From Candidatus Multivorans sp. (GTDB taxonomy: Bacteria > Acidobacteriota > Thermoanaerobaculia > Multivoradales > Multivoraceae), in assembly GCA_965247095.1 (NCBI GenBank), contig OZ251997.1, positions 544,001 through 608,000 on the forward strand: DNA of 64,000 bases. The letters are read 5' to 3'. Made by a program: the position numbers and the translations under genes. Below the pieces are notes generated by a model. That model did not search any database, was not told the DNA's origin, and worked only from the letters and a program-made list of their open reading frames with translations. This document shows, piece after piece, positions 8,530-18,430 of the stretch; the stretch's first letter is position 1, and every line of letters starts with the position of its first letter.

Positions 8530-9708
8530 ATGAGCGACGACACGGTTGGCGGAGACTTGGCGGCAGAGGCAGACGGCGCCGGCGAGCAGGCGCCGTCCAG
8601 CCGCGATGCGCTGCGTCTGGAACAGTTGCGGCAGGCGGCGGCTTCGGCCGGCGTCGACGCGGTCGTACTTACTCCGGCGGCCACGATGACATGGCTGCTC
8701 GGCCATCACTTCGACGCGCACGAACGGCTGTTTCTGCTCATCGTGCCGACAGCGGCCGCGCCGGTGGCGGTCGTTCCGGCCCTGGAAGAGGCCAACTTCC
8801 GCGGCGCGGCGCCGTCCGTCGAGTCGCTTCATCTCTGGGACGACGCCGACGGGCCCGAGAAGGCCGCCGCGGAGGCGTTCAAGTGTCTGGCCAAGGCGTC
8901 CCGAGTGGCGGTGGAGCCGCTGAGCCTGCGCTACATGGAGTTCGAGCACGTTCGCCGGGAGCTCCCGAACGCACAGATCGAGAGCGCCGAAAGGGTCGTA
9001 GTCGCGTTGCGACTCAAGAAGAGCGACGAGGAGGCGGCCGCGATGCGGCGGGCGTCGAAGATCGCTGAAGCGGCGCTCGAGTTCACGCTCCGGGACGTGC
9101 GTCCCGGGCGCAAGGAGATCGAGATCGCGTCCAAGCTCTCGAGCGAGTTGCTGCGGCGGGGCGGAGGCGGCATCTCGTTCGGACCGATCGTCCTGAGCGG
9201 GCCGAAGTCGGCGTTGCCGCACGGCGTGCCGGACGAGCGCGAGATGCAGGAGGGCGAGTTCCTGTTGATCGATTTCGGGACGTCGTCCGACGGCTACCAC
9301 TGCGACATCACGCGCACCTTCGTGGTCAGCGGTTCGCCCACCGACCGGATGCGGGAGGTCTACGAGTCGGTCCTGCAGGCGAACATCCGCGGCGTCGCCG
9401 CGTCACGGCCCGGAGTAACCTACGACTACGTCCACAAGAACTGCCAGGCCAATCTCCACGCCCCCCGCTTCAAGGAGTTCATGACCCACCGCACCGGGCA
9501 CGGCCTGGGCCTGGAGGTCCACGAACCGCCTTCCGTGATGGCCGGCAACTACGTCGTCGTCGAGGAGGGCGCCGTGTTCACCATCGAGCCGGGGCTCTAC
9601 CTCGAGGGCTGGGGCGGCGTACGGATCGAGGACAACGTCCGCGTCACGCGGGACGGCTGCGAGCTGCTGACTTCGTCGCCGCGGGAACTGCGCATCCTCG
9701 GCGCCTAG
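8530..9708 (+). CDS. Xaa-Pro dipeptidase/aminopeptidase (M24B)
   Basis: Creatinase-like N-domain, LRLKKSDEE, SALPHG, LIDFGT..YHCDITRTF, HRTGHGLGLEVHEPP, FTIEPGLY..GGVRIEDNV. Likely ATG at 8530. Confidence 0.93.
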   Translation: MSDDTVGGDLAAEADGAGEQAPSSRDALRLEQLRQAAASAGVDAVVLTPAATMTWLLGHHFDAHERLFLLIVPTAAAPVAVVPALEEANFRGAAPSVESLHLWDDADGPEKAAAEAFKCLAKASRVAVEPLSLRYMEFEHVRRELPNAQIESAERVVVALRLKKSDEEAAAMRRASKIAEAALEFTLRDVRPGRKEIEIASKLSSELLRRGGGGISFGPIVLSGPKSALPHGVPDEREMQEGEFLLIDFGTSSDGYHCDITRTFVVSGSPTDRMREVYESVLQANIRGVAASRPGVTYDYVHKNCQANLHAPRFKEFMTHRTGHGLGLEVHEPPSVMAGNYVVVEEGAVFTIEPGLYLEGWGGVRIEDNVRVTRDGCELLTSSPRELRILGA

Positions 9709-12700
9709 CTAGAAGTGGAAGTGAACGCCGATCTGGCCGCGGCGGCTGTCGCCGAGGCCGCTGCGGATGGCGCCGTCGAAGTTGAAGAGCAGGGAGCCCT
9801 GGGAGGCGTCGAGGCGGTTGTCGACGTTCGTCACGTTGAAGATCTCAAGGACCGGCTCCAGCGTGACGCCGCGGCCGAGGGTGAATGGGCGCGAGAGGCG
9901 GATGTCCCAGGTCAGGAAGTCGTTCTCGCGCCGTAGGCTGTTGCGCTGCAGGATGCTGCCGTCGGCGCAGATGCGGTCGGTCGGTTGGGCGGCCCGCAGG
10001 CCGCGGCTGGCGCAGGACTCGGACACCGGCGACGCCGACAGGTAGCGGAACGCGTTGCTGAACTGGACGCCGCGGGGCAGGGCGAAGAGCAGGTAGCCGG
10101 CGACCTGGTGTCGGCGGTCGCGGTCCGACCAGCCGAACTCGGGGCCGAGGTTGGTCGGATCGGCGTAGCGGAAGGTGAAGGGGTCCCGCTCGTTGTCGTC
10201 GTCCGAACGGTCGCGGCTCAGGGTGTAGTTCACCTCGAAGGTGAGCAGACCGTCTGCCGCGTCGCGGCCGCGCAGGGTCGCGGTCAGGCCGTGGTAACGG
10301 GAGCGCGCGGAGCTCTCGGTGTTGTTCAGGGCGTTGATGCCGCCGCCGTCAGGGTGGGTTCCGACGGCGAAGGGCGAACCGAAGGCGGCGTGATTGCGGT
10401 CGACGAAGCGGAACAGTTCGTTTGTGCGGGCGTGCTGGTAGGCGAGTTCGGCGGTCAGGCCGCGGCCCAGGCGGCGCTCGAAACCGGTGCCGAAGGACCG
10501 GGTTTCCGGCAGCTCCAGGTCGCGGTCGACGACCGTGATGTCGGGCAGGAACGGCGACGTGTCCGAACCGTCGATCTGCTCGTCCACCCCTGGCACGGGA
10601 CCGAGTGCCGGCGAAGCGGCGCTGCTGCGGAAGAGGAGCTGCTGGAATGCGCCGTTCGTGGTTCGGGGGCCGGCCAACACCAGGCTGGGAATGCGGGAGA
10701 CGTAGGCGCCCGCGTTGAGCCGCAGGATGGTGCTGCCGTCTCCCGAGGCGTCCCAGACCAGGCCGAGACGGGGCTGGAAGTTGTCGAGGTCGTCCGGGAT
10801 CGTGCCGTCGGAGGGGAAGCGCGGATCGTCGAGGTAGGGGGCGAAGTACGTCTCCTCCGGCGCGACTAGCGGATCCGGATTCCAGGTCCCCTCCCAGCGC
10901 AGTCCGAGGTTGAGGACCAGCCGGTCGGTGGCGTGCCAGGTGTCCTGGAGGAACAGGCCGACTTCGTTGACATCGAAGGCCTGCCGGCCGAGATCCTCCG
11001 GCGGCACGCCGGGCACGGTCGCCGCCTGCAGGTAGACCAGCACCGGACCGGTGATCTCGGCGCCGGGCGGGCAGATGCCCGCGGCGCTGCTCGAGCCGTC
11101 GGAGCAGGTCACGTAGCGGTTGCCCTGTTCGACGAAGGCGATGAAGCCGTCGACCGAGTCGAAGATGTAGCGGCTGTTTCCGAAGCCGACGAACTGCTGG
11201 CTGACGCCGGTCCGGTTGACCTCGATCCCGGCCTTGATCAGGTGGTTGCCGACAAGGGTGGAGACGTTGTCGACGAGTTGTCTGCGCTCGTCCGCCCCGT
11301 CCGCGCCGATGGGCAGGAAGAACGGCAGGCCGATGCGGAACCCGTCGGCGAAGTCCATGCCGATGTCGGGGAAGGGCCGGCCGCCGAGGACCTGGTAGGG
11401 CGGCGGGGGAGGGGGCGCCACGCCCGGCTGGAGCGGTCCGCCGTAGCGCCGCGGGCGGTTCTCCCGCGCCCATTGCAGGCGCGCCTCGTTCGAGGTCCGG
11501 TTGCTGAGCAGGGATCTGAGGCTCAGGTTGACGGCGTGCGAGTAGTCCTGCTCGATGCCGTTCGCGGAAAGGCCCCAGGAATCGACGTCGAAGGTGCCGT
11601 TCTCCTGCTCCGACCACGTGTAGTTGTACTTGACCGACGCCTGGTGGCGCTCGCTCAGGTTGAAGTCCAGCTTGGCGATCAGGGCCCGGTTGTCGTCGGT
11701 GCGCTCGATGGGGCCGAACTCGTCGTCGAACAGGCCGGGCCAGCGGGTCCTGAGGAAGCTGTCGAGCCGGGCCAGGTTGGCCGGACTGGCGACGCCGCGA
11801 ACGAGCTGTTTGGTTTCCGCCGCGTCCTGCTCGTCGTAGGCGCCGAAGAAGAACACCCGCTCGCGCTTGATCGGCCCGCCGAGCGTGAAGCCGTACTGCA
11901 GACGACTGAAGTCCGGCTTCGCCGCCTCGCCGGCGGGGTGTTCGGACGAGATGCCGTCCCACTGCCGGAAGGTGTGAAGCGTGCCCTCCAACTCGTTCGT
12001 GCCGGACTTCGTGATCACGTTGACGAAGCCGCCGGCCGAGCGCCCGAACTCGGCGGTCGCGCCCTGGTTGATCACCACCATCTCCTGGATCGCGTCCTGG
12101 TTGAAGGTGAAGGCCGGTCGCTGGCCGCCGCGCTGCTCGCCGAAGAAGGAGTTGTTGAAGTCGGCCCCGTCGACGATGAAGTTGTTGAAGATGCCGCGCT
12201 GACCGCTGATGTTCAACTCGTCACCGTCCGGTCCCTGGGAGAGGGACGCGCCCGGCGTGAGCAGCGTGAGGTCGAGAAAGTTGCGGCCGTTCGTGGGCAG
12301 CCCTTCGATCACCTCGTCGGCAAGCCGCTGCGAGGTCGTCACGTCGTCGGTGGCGGGCGTCTGGTTCGCGTCCTCGCTGACCGTGATCTCCTCGGCAACC
12401 ACGTCCTTCAGCGCGAGGTCGAGGTTCAGGGTCTCGCCCACGCGCAAGGTCAGGCCGGCGATCCGCTCCATCTGTCCCCGGTCGTCCTTCGTCACGATCA
12501 GTTCGTACGATCCGAGCGGCAGCAGGGTGCGGGCGAAGGTGCCGGAAGCCGTCGTCTCTACGGACGTCAAGAATCCGGTTTCGCCGTGCTGAATCAGCAC
12601 CAGGGCGCCCTCGACGGGTGCTCCGCCCGGGCCGCGGACGACGCCCCGGATGATGCCGGTGGTTGCCTCGGACTGGGCGGTTGCCGGAGCTGCGGCGGCG

Positions 12701-12753
12701 ATACCCGCGGCCGCTACGAGCAGGACGGCGGCGAGGGGCGAACGGAGCGTCAT
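9709..12753 (-). CDS. TonB-dependent receptor (Oar-like, carboxypeptidase-regulatory N-domain)
   Basis: Signal peptide MTLRSPLAAVLLVAAAG..AQS, LPTNGRNFLDLTLLTPG, TAEFGRSAGGFVNVITKSGTN, NLGLRWE, NFQPRLG, C-terminal Phe (GVHFHF). Confidence 0.92.
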   Translation of the reverse strand: MTLRSPLAAVLLVAAAGIAAAAPATAQSEATTGIIRGVVRGPGGAPVEGALVLIQHGETGFLTSVETTASGTFARTLLPLGSYELIVTKDDRGQMERIAGLTLRVGETLNLDLALKDVVAEEITVSEDANQTPATDDVTTSQRLADEVIEGLPTNGRNFLDLTLLTPGASLSQGPDGDELNISGQRGIFNNFIVDGADFNNSFFGEQRGGQRPAFTFNQDAIQEMVVINQGATAEFGRSAGGFVNVITKSGTNELEGTLHTFRQWDGISSEHPAGEAAKPDFSRLQYGFTLGGPIKRERVFFFGAYDEQDAAETKQLVRGVASPANLARLDSFLRTRWPGLFDDEFGPIERTDDNRALIAKLDFNLSERHQASVKYNYTWSEQENGTFDVDSWGLSANGIEQDYSHAVNLSLRSLLSNRTSNEARLQWARENRPRRYGGPLQPGVAPPPPPPYQVLGGRPFPDIGMDFADGFRIGLPFFLPIGADGADERRQLVDNVSTLVGNHLIKAGIEVNRTGVSQQFVGFGNSRYIFDSVDGFIAFVEQGNRYVTCSDGSSSAAGICPPGAEITGPVLVYLQAATVPGVPPEDLGRQAFDVNEVGLFLQDTWHATDRLVLNLGLRWEGTWNPDPLVAPEETYFAPYLDDPRFPSDGTIPDDLDNFQPRLGLVWDASGDGSTILRLNAGAYVSRIPSLVLAGPRTTNGAFQQLLFRSSAASPALGPVPGVDEQIDGSDTSPFLPDITVVDRDLELPETRSFGTGFERRLGRGLTAELAYQHARTNELFRFVDRNHAAFGSPFAVGTHPDGGGINALNNTESSARSRYHGLTATLRGRDAADGLLTFEVNYTLSRDRSDDDNERDPFTFRYADPTNLGPEFGWSDRDRRHQVAGYLLFALPRGVQFSNAFRYLSASPVSESCASRGLRAAQPTDRICADGSILQRNSLRRENDFLTWDIRLSRPFTLGRGVTLEPVLEIFNVTNVDNRLDASQGSLLFNFDGAIRSGLGDSRRGQIGVHFHF

Positions 12754-12808
12754 CACGGAAGTGGCGCGACCGCGGCGCGCCTCGGAGGCGAATGATAGCG
12801 GGCGCCGT

Positions 12809-12840
12809 CCTGGGAACCTGGGCGTCTCGCCCGCTTCCGG
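12809..12840 (+). repeat. Palindromic REP-like element (short form)
   Basis: cctgggaacctGGGCGtctCGCCCgcttccgg, between the sulfatase stop and the TBDR start. Confidence 0.75.
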
Positions 12841-12850
12841 GGGCGTCGAC

Positions 12851-14296
12851 TCAGGCTTGCAGGGTTTCGCGCAACCGGCGAACGACATCCGGCTGCCTGC
12901 CGATCAGGTTCTCCGTTTCCATCGGATCGGCTTCCAGATCCCACAGGATGTCCTCGTCCCCGAAGCCGGTCACCAGCTTGTAGCGGCCGTCGTAGGCGAG
13001 CCGCCAGTCGCGGAGGCCGGACAGGACGACCTCCCGGTGACTGTCGGTCCGTCCTTCGAGCAGGTCGCGCAGGGAACGGCTGTCCATGTCGGCCGGGGTG
13101 CCCAGGCCGGCGTAGTCGAGGAAGGTGGCGGCGAGATCGAGCACGGTCGTCGGCAGGTGGCACTCGTACCCGGCGCGGATGCCGGGCCCGGCGGCCAGGA
13201 GGGGTACGCCGGCCGAGGCCTGGTACGGAACGGACTTCCCCCACCTCGCGTGGTCGCCGAGCATCTCGCCGTGGTCGCTCGAGTAGACGACGATCGTGTT
13301 GTCGAGCTGACCCGTTTCCTCCAGCATGTCCATGTAGCGGCCCAGCCAGGTGTCGATGTTCTCGATCATCGCGGCGTAGTTCTGGCGCGTCGCCGTGTGT
13401 TCGGCGGGCGTCAGGGCGCCCTCGTAGGCGTAGGGCTGACCCAGACCTCCGAGTCCGCGGACCCGCTGTTCCATATCGGCCGTGATGTCGACCGGCGGAT
13501 GAGGGCCGACGAAGTTGATCACCAGGTGCCAGGGGCGGTCTTGCGGCGCCGCCCCGATCAGGTCCAGGCCGTTCCGGGCGATCCAGTTGTCGCAGTAGGC
13601 CTCGGGGCCTAGCGGCGAGGTGATCACGTCGCCCCACCAACTGTCGGGATAGTTCGAGCGCCGCCGGCGAAAGTCTTCGGCGCAGGCTTTGCCCTGCGGC
13701 GGTTCGAGCGAGTCGAGATAGGCGTAGTACGGGTCCTTCGGCCCTTCCGGATCGCTGAGGTAGGACCCCATGCCGTCGCCCTTGCCGCAGTTGTTGATCT
13801 GCGCGGAGAAGCCCCAGTCATCCGCGAAGTTCGAGCCGTCGAGGCCCCAGTTGCCGCTGTTCTTGGACAGGTCGAACTTGCCGACTCCCATCGTGTGGTA
13901 GCCGGAGTCGCGGAGCAGTCCGTAGAAGGTCTGCTGGTCCAGGGGATAGTCGTCCCGGTTGTCGCGTACGCCGCAGCGGTCGTACTCGCGACCGGCGGCG
14001 AGGCAGGCCCGTGACGGGCCGCACACGGGTGACGGCACCAGGGCGCGGGTGAAGTTGACGCCGTCGCGGGCCAGGCGATCGATGTTCGGTGTGCGGAGCG
14101 GCGCCAGGCCGTTGCCGTCGAGGCCGAGCCAGTCGGGCCGTTGCTGATCGGGGAAGAAGAAGAGGAGATTCGGTCTCGCGTCCGATACCGCCTGCGGTTC
14201 GGCGTCGCCGCAGCCCGCGAGGCCGGCCAGGGCGCCGCCGGCCAGGAGCCGCGAAGAATGCTGGAGGAAGTCTCGGCGGGTTCGTCGGGCGGTCAT
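12851..14296 (-). CDS. Tat-exported sulfatase (probable lipoprotein)
   Basis: TRRDFLQ twin-arginine motif, LAGC lipobox, PNLLFFFPDQQR, TPNIDRLA, CGPSRA (CxPxR), SSDHGEMLGDH, WDLEADPMETENL. Confidence 0.92.
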   Translation of the reverse strand: MTARRTRRDFLQHSSRLLAGGALAGLAGCGDAEPQAVSDARPNLLFFFPDQQRPDWLGLDGNGLAPLRTPNIDRLARDGVNFTRALVPSPVCGPSRACLAAGREYDRCGVRDNRDDYPLDQQTFYGLLRDSGYHTMGVGKFDLSKNSGNWGLDGSNFADDWGFSAQINNCGKGDGMGSYLSDPEGPKDPYYAYLDSLEPPQGKACAEDFRRRRSNYPDSWWGDVITSPLGPEAYCDNWIARNGLDLIGAAPQDRPWHLVINFVGPHPPVDITADMEQRVRGLGGLGQPYAYEGALTPAEHTATRQNYAAMIENIDTWLGRYMDMLEETGQLDNTIVVYSSDHGEMLGDHARWGKSVPYQASAGVPLLAAGPGIRAGYECHLPTTVLDLAATFLDYAGLGTPADMDSRSLRDLLEGRTDSHREVVLSGLRDWRLAYDGRYKLVTGFGDEDILWDLEADPMETENLIGRQPDVVRRLRETLQA

Positions 14297-14444
14297 GGGA
14301 CTTTCCTCTCGGTCTGTCAAACGGGACTTGAAGGGACCAACGTCGTTTGGCTAGCTTAGAGGATACAGACCCCAAGGATCGGCCGTGCGGCCGGGATTCT
14401 CTCCCTGTCAGTCGGTCGACCACATCGACTTTGGAGGAAGCACG

Positions 14445-14564
14445 ATGGAGCGACGTTCGCTAGCTGGCTTGCTGGGAGTAGTAGCCGCCTTCGTCTGCTT
14501 GGCCCCGCACCGCGATCTCACCAGCGGCCTCCGATGTACTCCATGGCCATGGCGGGGGATGTGA
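14445..14564 (+). other. 39-codon ORF with strong SD and signal-peptide-like start (small protein or gene remnant)
   Basis: GGAGGA upstream of ATG 14445. MERRSLAGLLGVVAAFVCLAP..., TGA at 14562-14564 just before a repeat copy. Confidence 0.4.
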
Positions 14565-14566
14565 GG

Positions 14567-14632
14567 GCGAACCACTCCGGGCGCCCGTCATCGGGCGCAT
14601 GGATGAAACGCGGGCGTCTCGCCCGCATCCGG
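14567..14632 (+). repeat. Composite palindromic repeat (hairpins 2+3), overlapping the likely start of the next gene
   Basis: gcgaaccactccgggcgccc-gtcatc-gggcgcatggATGaaac-GCGGGCGtctCGCCCGC-atccgg matches 63557-63620. Confidence 0.85.
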
Positions 14633-17194
14633 TCTGGATGGACGCTCGCCGCGGTGGCGATAGCCCTGACGCTCTCGGGCTGCTCAGGCCCCGGACCGGG
14701 TCCCGTCTACGACCGGGACCTGGGCGCCGCGATCGAGCAGCTCAAGGAGGACGTCGCGGCCCAGCCGACGGATGAGTCGTCGCTCCCCGCCCGGGCGGCG
14801 GTGGTCGCGGATTGGGCCGACGCTCTCTCGCTCGCGGGTCACGAGTTGGGCCTCGACGGACCGCGGGTGCGTATCCAGTCGACCCTGCCGCCGACCGGCG
14901 ACGCGGCGCTCACCGCCGCCGCCCAGGTCGACCGGCTGGTGAGCGAGTACACGCTGCGCGAGGAAGAGGGCGCGCTGGGAACCCTGGGGGCCGAGTCGCT
15001 CGGTCCGTTCGAGGCGCGGCAGTACGCGACGCTCAGCCAGATCTGGACCGCCGGCACGCGCGCGGTCGAGCCGGGCGGCGGGTTCTGGGTGGCGCGCCAC
15101 TTCAACGCGAACTACGGCGCCTACCAGACCGATGACCCGGGCGCCGCGGGCTACGTCACGATCGAGTCCGACGCCGCGAACGTCCGGTTCGAGACCGACG
15201 TCTACATGGCCTCCGGCCCCCACGGCGGCTTCCGGGCGCCCGAACCGGCGCTGGCCTTCCGGGTCGCCGAAGGGCGGCTGGAACCCGGCGAGAGCGTGAC
15301 GGTCACCTATGGCGACACCACCGGCGGTGGCCCGGGCATCATGATGACGCAGACCTCGGGTGCGCGGACTCCGTTCCCGCTCTACGTCGACCTCGACGGC
15401 GCCGGGGAGTGGCGGCCGTTGCCGATCCTGCCGTTCGCGGTCGTCGGCACGACGGTCGCGGGGGTGCATGGTTTCGCGCCGAGCGTGGTCCGGCCGGGCG
15501 AGAGCTTCGAACTCTCGGTGCGCGCCGAGGATCGCTTCTACAACCGGGCCACCGGCGACATTCCCGGCTTCGATGTGGTGGTCAATGGAGAGGTGGTGGC
15601 TTCTACCGAGCCGGGGAGCGAGGCGATCACGATCGTCGAGCTGGCCCTCGACGAACCGGGCGTCTACTGGACGACCTTGTGTTCGCGTGACGTTGAGCCC
15701 CAGATCACCGGCGGGGCGAACCCGATCCTCGTGGTCGAGGACCCCGAGTACGGCATCTACTGGGGAGACACCCATGGCCACTCGGGCTATGCCGAGGGCA
15801 TCGGCACGCTCGACTTCTTCCTGCAGTTCGCGCGCGACGACGCCCGGCTCGACTTCGTCACCCACTCGGAGCACGACACGGCGCTCGACGCCGGGGAGTG
15901 GGAACTGATGCGGGCCAAGAGCGCGGAGTACGACGACCCCGGCCGCTTCATCCCCTACCTCGGCTGGGAGTGGACCCGCCATACCCGCCAGGGCGGCGGC
16001 CACCACAACGTGCTGTACCGGACCGTCGGCGACCAGGATCTCGTCTCGGTGCTGGAGTTTCCGACCCTGTCCGAGCTCTACCGGGAGCTCGACACCCGCT
16101 ACGACCGCCGGGACGTGGTTGTCATTCCGCACGCCCACAACCCGGGCGACTTCCGGCTGTCCCATCCCGGTCTGGAGCCCCTGGTCGAGGTCATGTCGAT
16201 GCACGGCAGCTTCGAGTGGTTCATGCAGGAGTACCTCTCGCGCGGGCACCAGGTCGGCGTGGTCGCCGCGTCCGACGATCACCTCTCCCATCCGGGGTAC
16301 TCGGCCCCGAACCGCACCTCCCTGGCTCAGCGCGGCGGGCTGGGCGCTGTGTTCTCGCGGGAGAAGTCGCGCGACGCGATCTTCGACGGGCTCAAGGCGC
16401 GCCGCACCTACGCGACGACCGGGGACCGGATCATCCTCGACTTCCGGGTCAACGACACACTGATGGGCTCGCGTGCGCCGTTTTCAGAGACCAGGGAGAT
16501 CGCAGGCCGGGTGATCGGCACCGCGCCGATCGGTTCGATCGCTCTGATCAAGAACAAGACGGAACTCTGGAGCCGGGACTACTCGCTCGATACCGGCGCC
16601 GGAGCGCCAACCGAGTTGCTGCTCACGTTCTACTCGGAGGAGACGCCGGTGCACATGGGCGACGCGCCGCGGGGATGGCGACACTGGCGGGGCAGCCTGA
16701 CCGTCGCCGGCGCTACGTTGCGGTCGATCGAGGGCACCGACTTCGCGAATCCGACGACCCAACACGTGGAGCAGAGCGGCAACGGCGCCATGTTCCGGAC
16801 CAACACGCGCGGCGAGACGAGCTCGCTCCGGCTGTCGGTGGCCGATGTCCAGCCCGGCGCCGCAATCGTCCTGGAACTCGACGAGGCCGCCGAGACCGGA
16901 TCGGCGCCGCCGTTCTACCGCCCGCGCGCCGTCATTCCCGGCGGCCGGGTCCGCCTGCCACTGTCGGAACTGCGCGGCGGTCGGATGGAGAAGCTGCTGC
17001 CGATTGAGAACTACCACCGCGACTCGGTGACCCTGCGACGGATTCGCCCGGACGGCCCACGGGATCTCACCTTCACCTACACGGACACCCAGACGCCTCG
17101 ACAGGGCGACTACTACTACGTCCGCGTCCGGCAGTTGAACGACGCCATGGCCTGGTCGAGCCCGGTCTGGGTCGGAGGACATCCGTCGCAGTAG
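14603..17194 (+). CDS. DUF3604-like PHP-fold metallohydrolase lipoprotein
   Basis: Lipobox LSGC, YWGDTHGHSGYAEG, LDFVTHSEHD, GWEWT..GGHHNV, VIPHAH, VEVMSMHG, ASDDHLSHPG, RRTYATTGDRI, YYYVRVRQ..AWSSPVWV. Confidence 0.82.
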   Translation: MKRGRLARIRSGWTLAAVAIALTLSGCSGPGPGPVYDRDLGAAIEQLKEDVAAQPTDESSLPARAAVVADWADALSLAGHELGLDGPRVRIQSTLPPTGDAALTAAAQVDRLVSEYTLREEEGALGTLGAESLGPFEARQYATLSQIWTAGTRAVEPGGGFWVARHFNANYGAYQTDDPGAAGYVTIESDAANVRFETDVYMASGPHGGFRAPEPALAFRVAEGRLEPGESVTVTYGDTTGGGPGIMMTQTSGARTPFPLYVDLDGAGEWRPLPILPFAVVGTTVAGVHGFAPSVVRPGESFELSVRAEDRFYNRATGDIPGFDVVVNGEVVASTEPGSEAITIVELALDEPGVYWTTLCSRDVEPQITGGANPILVVEDPEYGIYWGDTHGHSGYAEGIGTLDFFLQFARDDARLDFVTHSEHDTALDAGEWELMRAKSAEYDDPGRFIPYLGWEWTRHTRQGGGHHNVLYRTVGDQDLVSVLEFPTLSELYRELDTRYDRRDVVVIPHAHNPGDFRLSHPGLEPLVEVMSMHGSFEWFMQEYLSRGHQVGVVAASDDHLSHPGYSAPNRTSLAQRGGLGAVFSREKSRDAIFDGLKARRTYATTGDRIILDFRVNDTLMGSRAPFSETREIAGRVIGTAPIGSIALIKNKTELWSRDYSLDTGAGAPTELLLTFYSEETPVHMGDAPRGWRHWRGSLTVAGATLRSIEGTDFANPTTQHVEQSGNGAMFRTNTRGETSSLRLSVADVQPGAAIVLELDEAAETGSAPPFYRPRAVIPGGRVRLPLSELRGGRMEKLLPIENYHRDSVTLRRIRPDGPRDLTFTYTDTQTPRQGDYYYVRVRQLNDAMAWSSPVWVGGHPSQ

Positions 17195-17337
17195 GGGGCG
17201 GATTCAAGCGGGGAGTTCGGCTCAGGAAGTCGGGGCAGTCCCCTACGCTGCGCTTCTCAACCCGAGGGAAATCGCGCCCGAGCCCCTACCGGCTACGCTC
17301 GGCGGACCGGCCCCTATTGACTTCTTCCAACTTGTCG

Positions 17338-17853
17338 CTATTTGGGCAGCACGTCTTGGGCTTCATTGCGATCGGTGACTCCCTTATCTCTAGTGTCAGC
17401 CAATGACCTAACTTGTGGCGTCTTTTTTCCCGAGGCCGCCTTTTTTTCCTCCTTTGTCTGTATGCTGCCTTGGACGGATGCGCCTTCCTCTACGGACACA
17501 CGAGGTGCCGTGACATTACCCACGACAGTTGCTGTTCGTTTGATCACCACGGTTTCGTCGCCACGCATGTCGCCTTCGAGCATGCCTTCGATGGTGATTC
17601 TCTGGGCCTTGAGGTTGGCCTTGATGCGGCCGCTTTCCCCGATCGTGAGGTTGTGGTTCTTTAGCTCAACGGTGCCTGATACGACCCCTTGAATGACCAA
17701 GTGTTCCTCGGCAGACAGTTCCCCGCCCTTGAAGGTCACGGTTGAACCGAGAACGGAAGATGCGCTGTTGTCGTTGTCAGGTATCGTTGATGATACGCTT
17801 AGCGCAGGTGTAGCCGGCGTAGCAGGTGTAATGGCTTCTTTGGGTTTAAACAA
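17338..17853 (-). CDS. Bactofilin (polymer-forming cytoskeletal protein)
   Basis: SVLGSTVTFKGGELSAEEHLVIQGVVSGTV..LTIGESGRIKANLKAQRITIEG..VVIKRTATVVGNVTAPRVSVEEGASVQGSI. TTG start after GGAG; visibly lower GC. Confidence 0.9.
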   Translation of the reverse strand: MFKPKEAITPATPATPALSVSSTIPDNDNSASSVLGSTVTFKGGELSAEEHLVIQGVVSGTVELKNHNLTIGESGRIKANLKAQRITIEGMLEGDMRGDETVVIKRTATVVGNVTAPRVSVEEGASVQGSIQTKEEKKAASGKKTPQVRSLADTRDKGVTDRNEAQDVLPK

Positions 17854-18430
17854 TGTCCGTCTCCATAGTGGTTGGGAATCTGCGTGAGTTTATGTCGCCA
17901 TGGCTGACGCTTCCAGACTTCCAGCGACGCGCCTAGTGGTGGGCCTCGTGTGCTGCGGTCGGGCCGGGGTGGCGGTGGCTCTCGAGAGCGTCAGCCGCTG
18001 GGCGTCTAGCGCCGGGCCTTCGATGGCTTCCGTCTGGGGACCGTCGCCCCAGGGGGGCAGGTAGGCGACGGTGACCAGGGCGGGAATCCGGGGAAGTGGC
18101 TTGAGAGGGGTCGTCATGTCTGCCGCGTCATACTCGTGGCGCTACGTTCGGGGATAGGTACAAGACTGAGCGGATTCGCTGACTATACTAGGTGAGGGTG
18201 GGGCTCGTGTAAAGACGCGGTAGGGTGAAGTCCGCTGTGGGTCGGACGGCATTTGTCGCGGGAGGGGACGGACTGGGTCTCCTGCTCTGGTTTTGGAATG
18301 GTGAAATCAGCCAGAGTAGACCAGCCCGGTTGGAAGTTCGAACGTGGGCGTAGTGGCCAGCAAGAGCAAGTGTCGGCCGGCACCAGGCCACAAGGGCCCT
18401 AATCGCCGAAGCCCATCCCAGGATAGGAGA

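Noticed and set aside
17890-18117. 75-aa minus-strand ORF
   Set aside because: No recognisable motif or clear SD; cannot be supported, though it may be a remnant.
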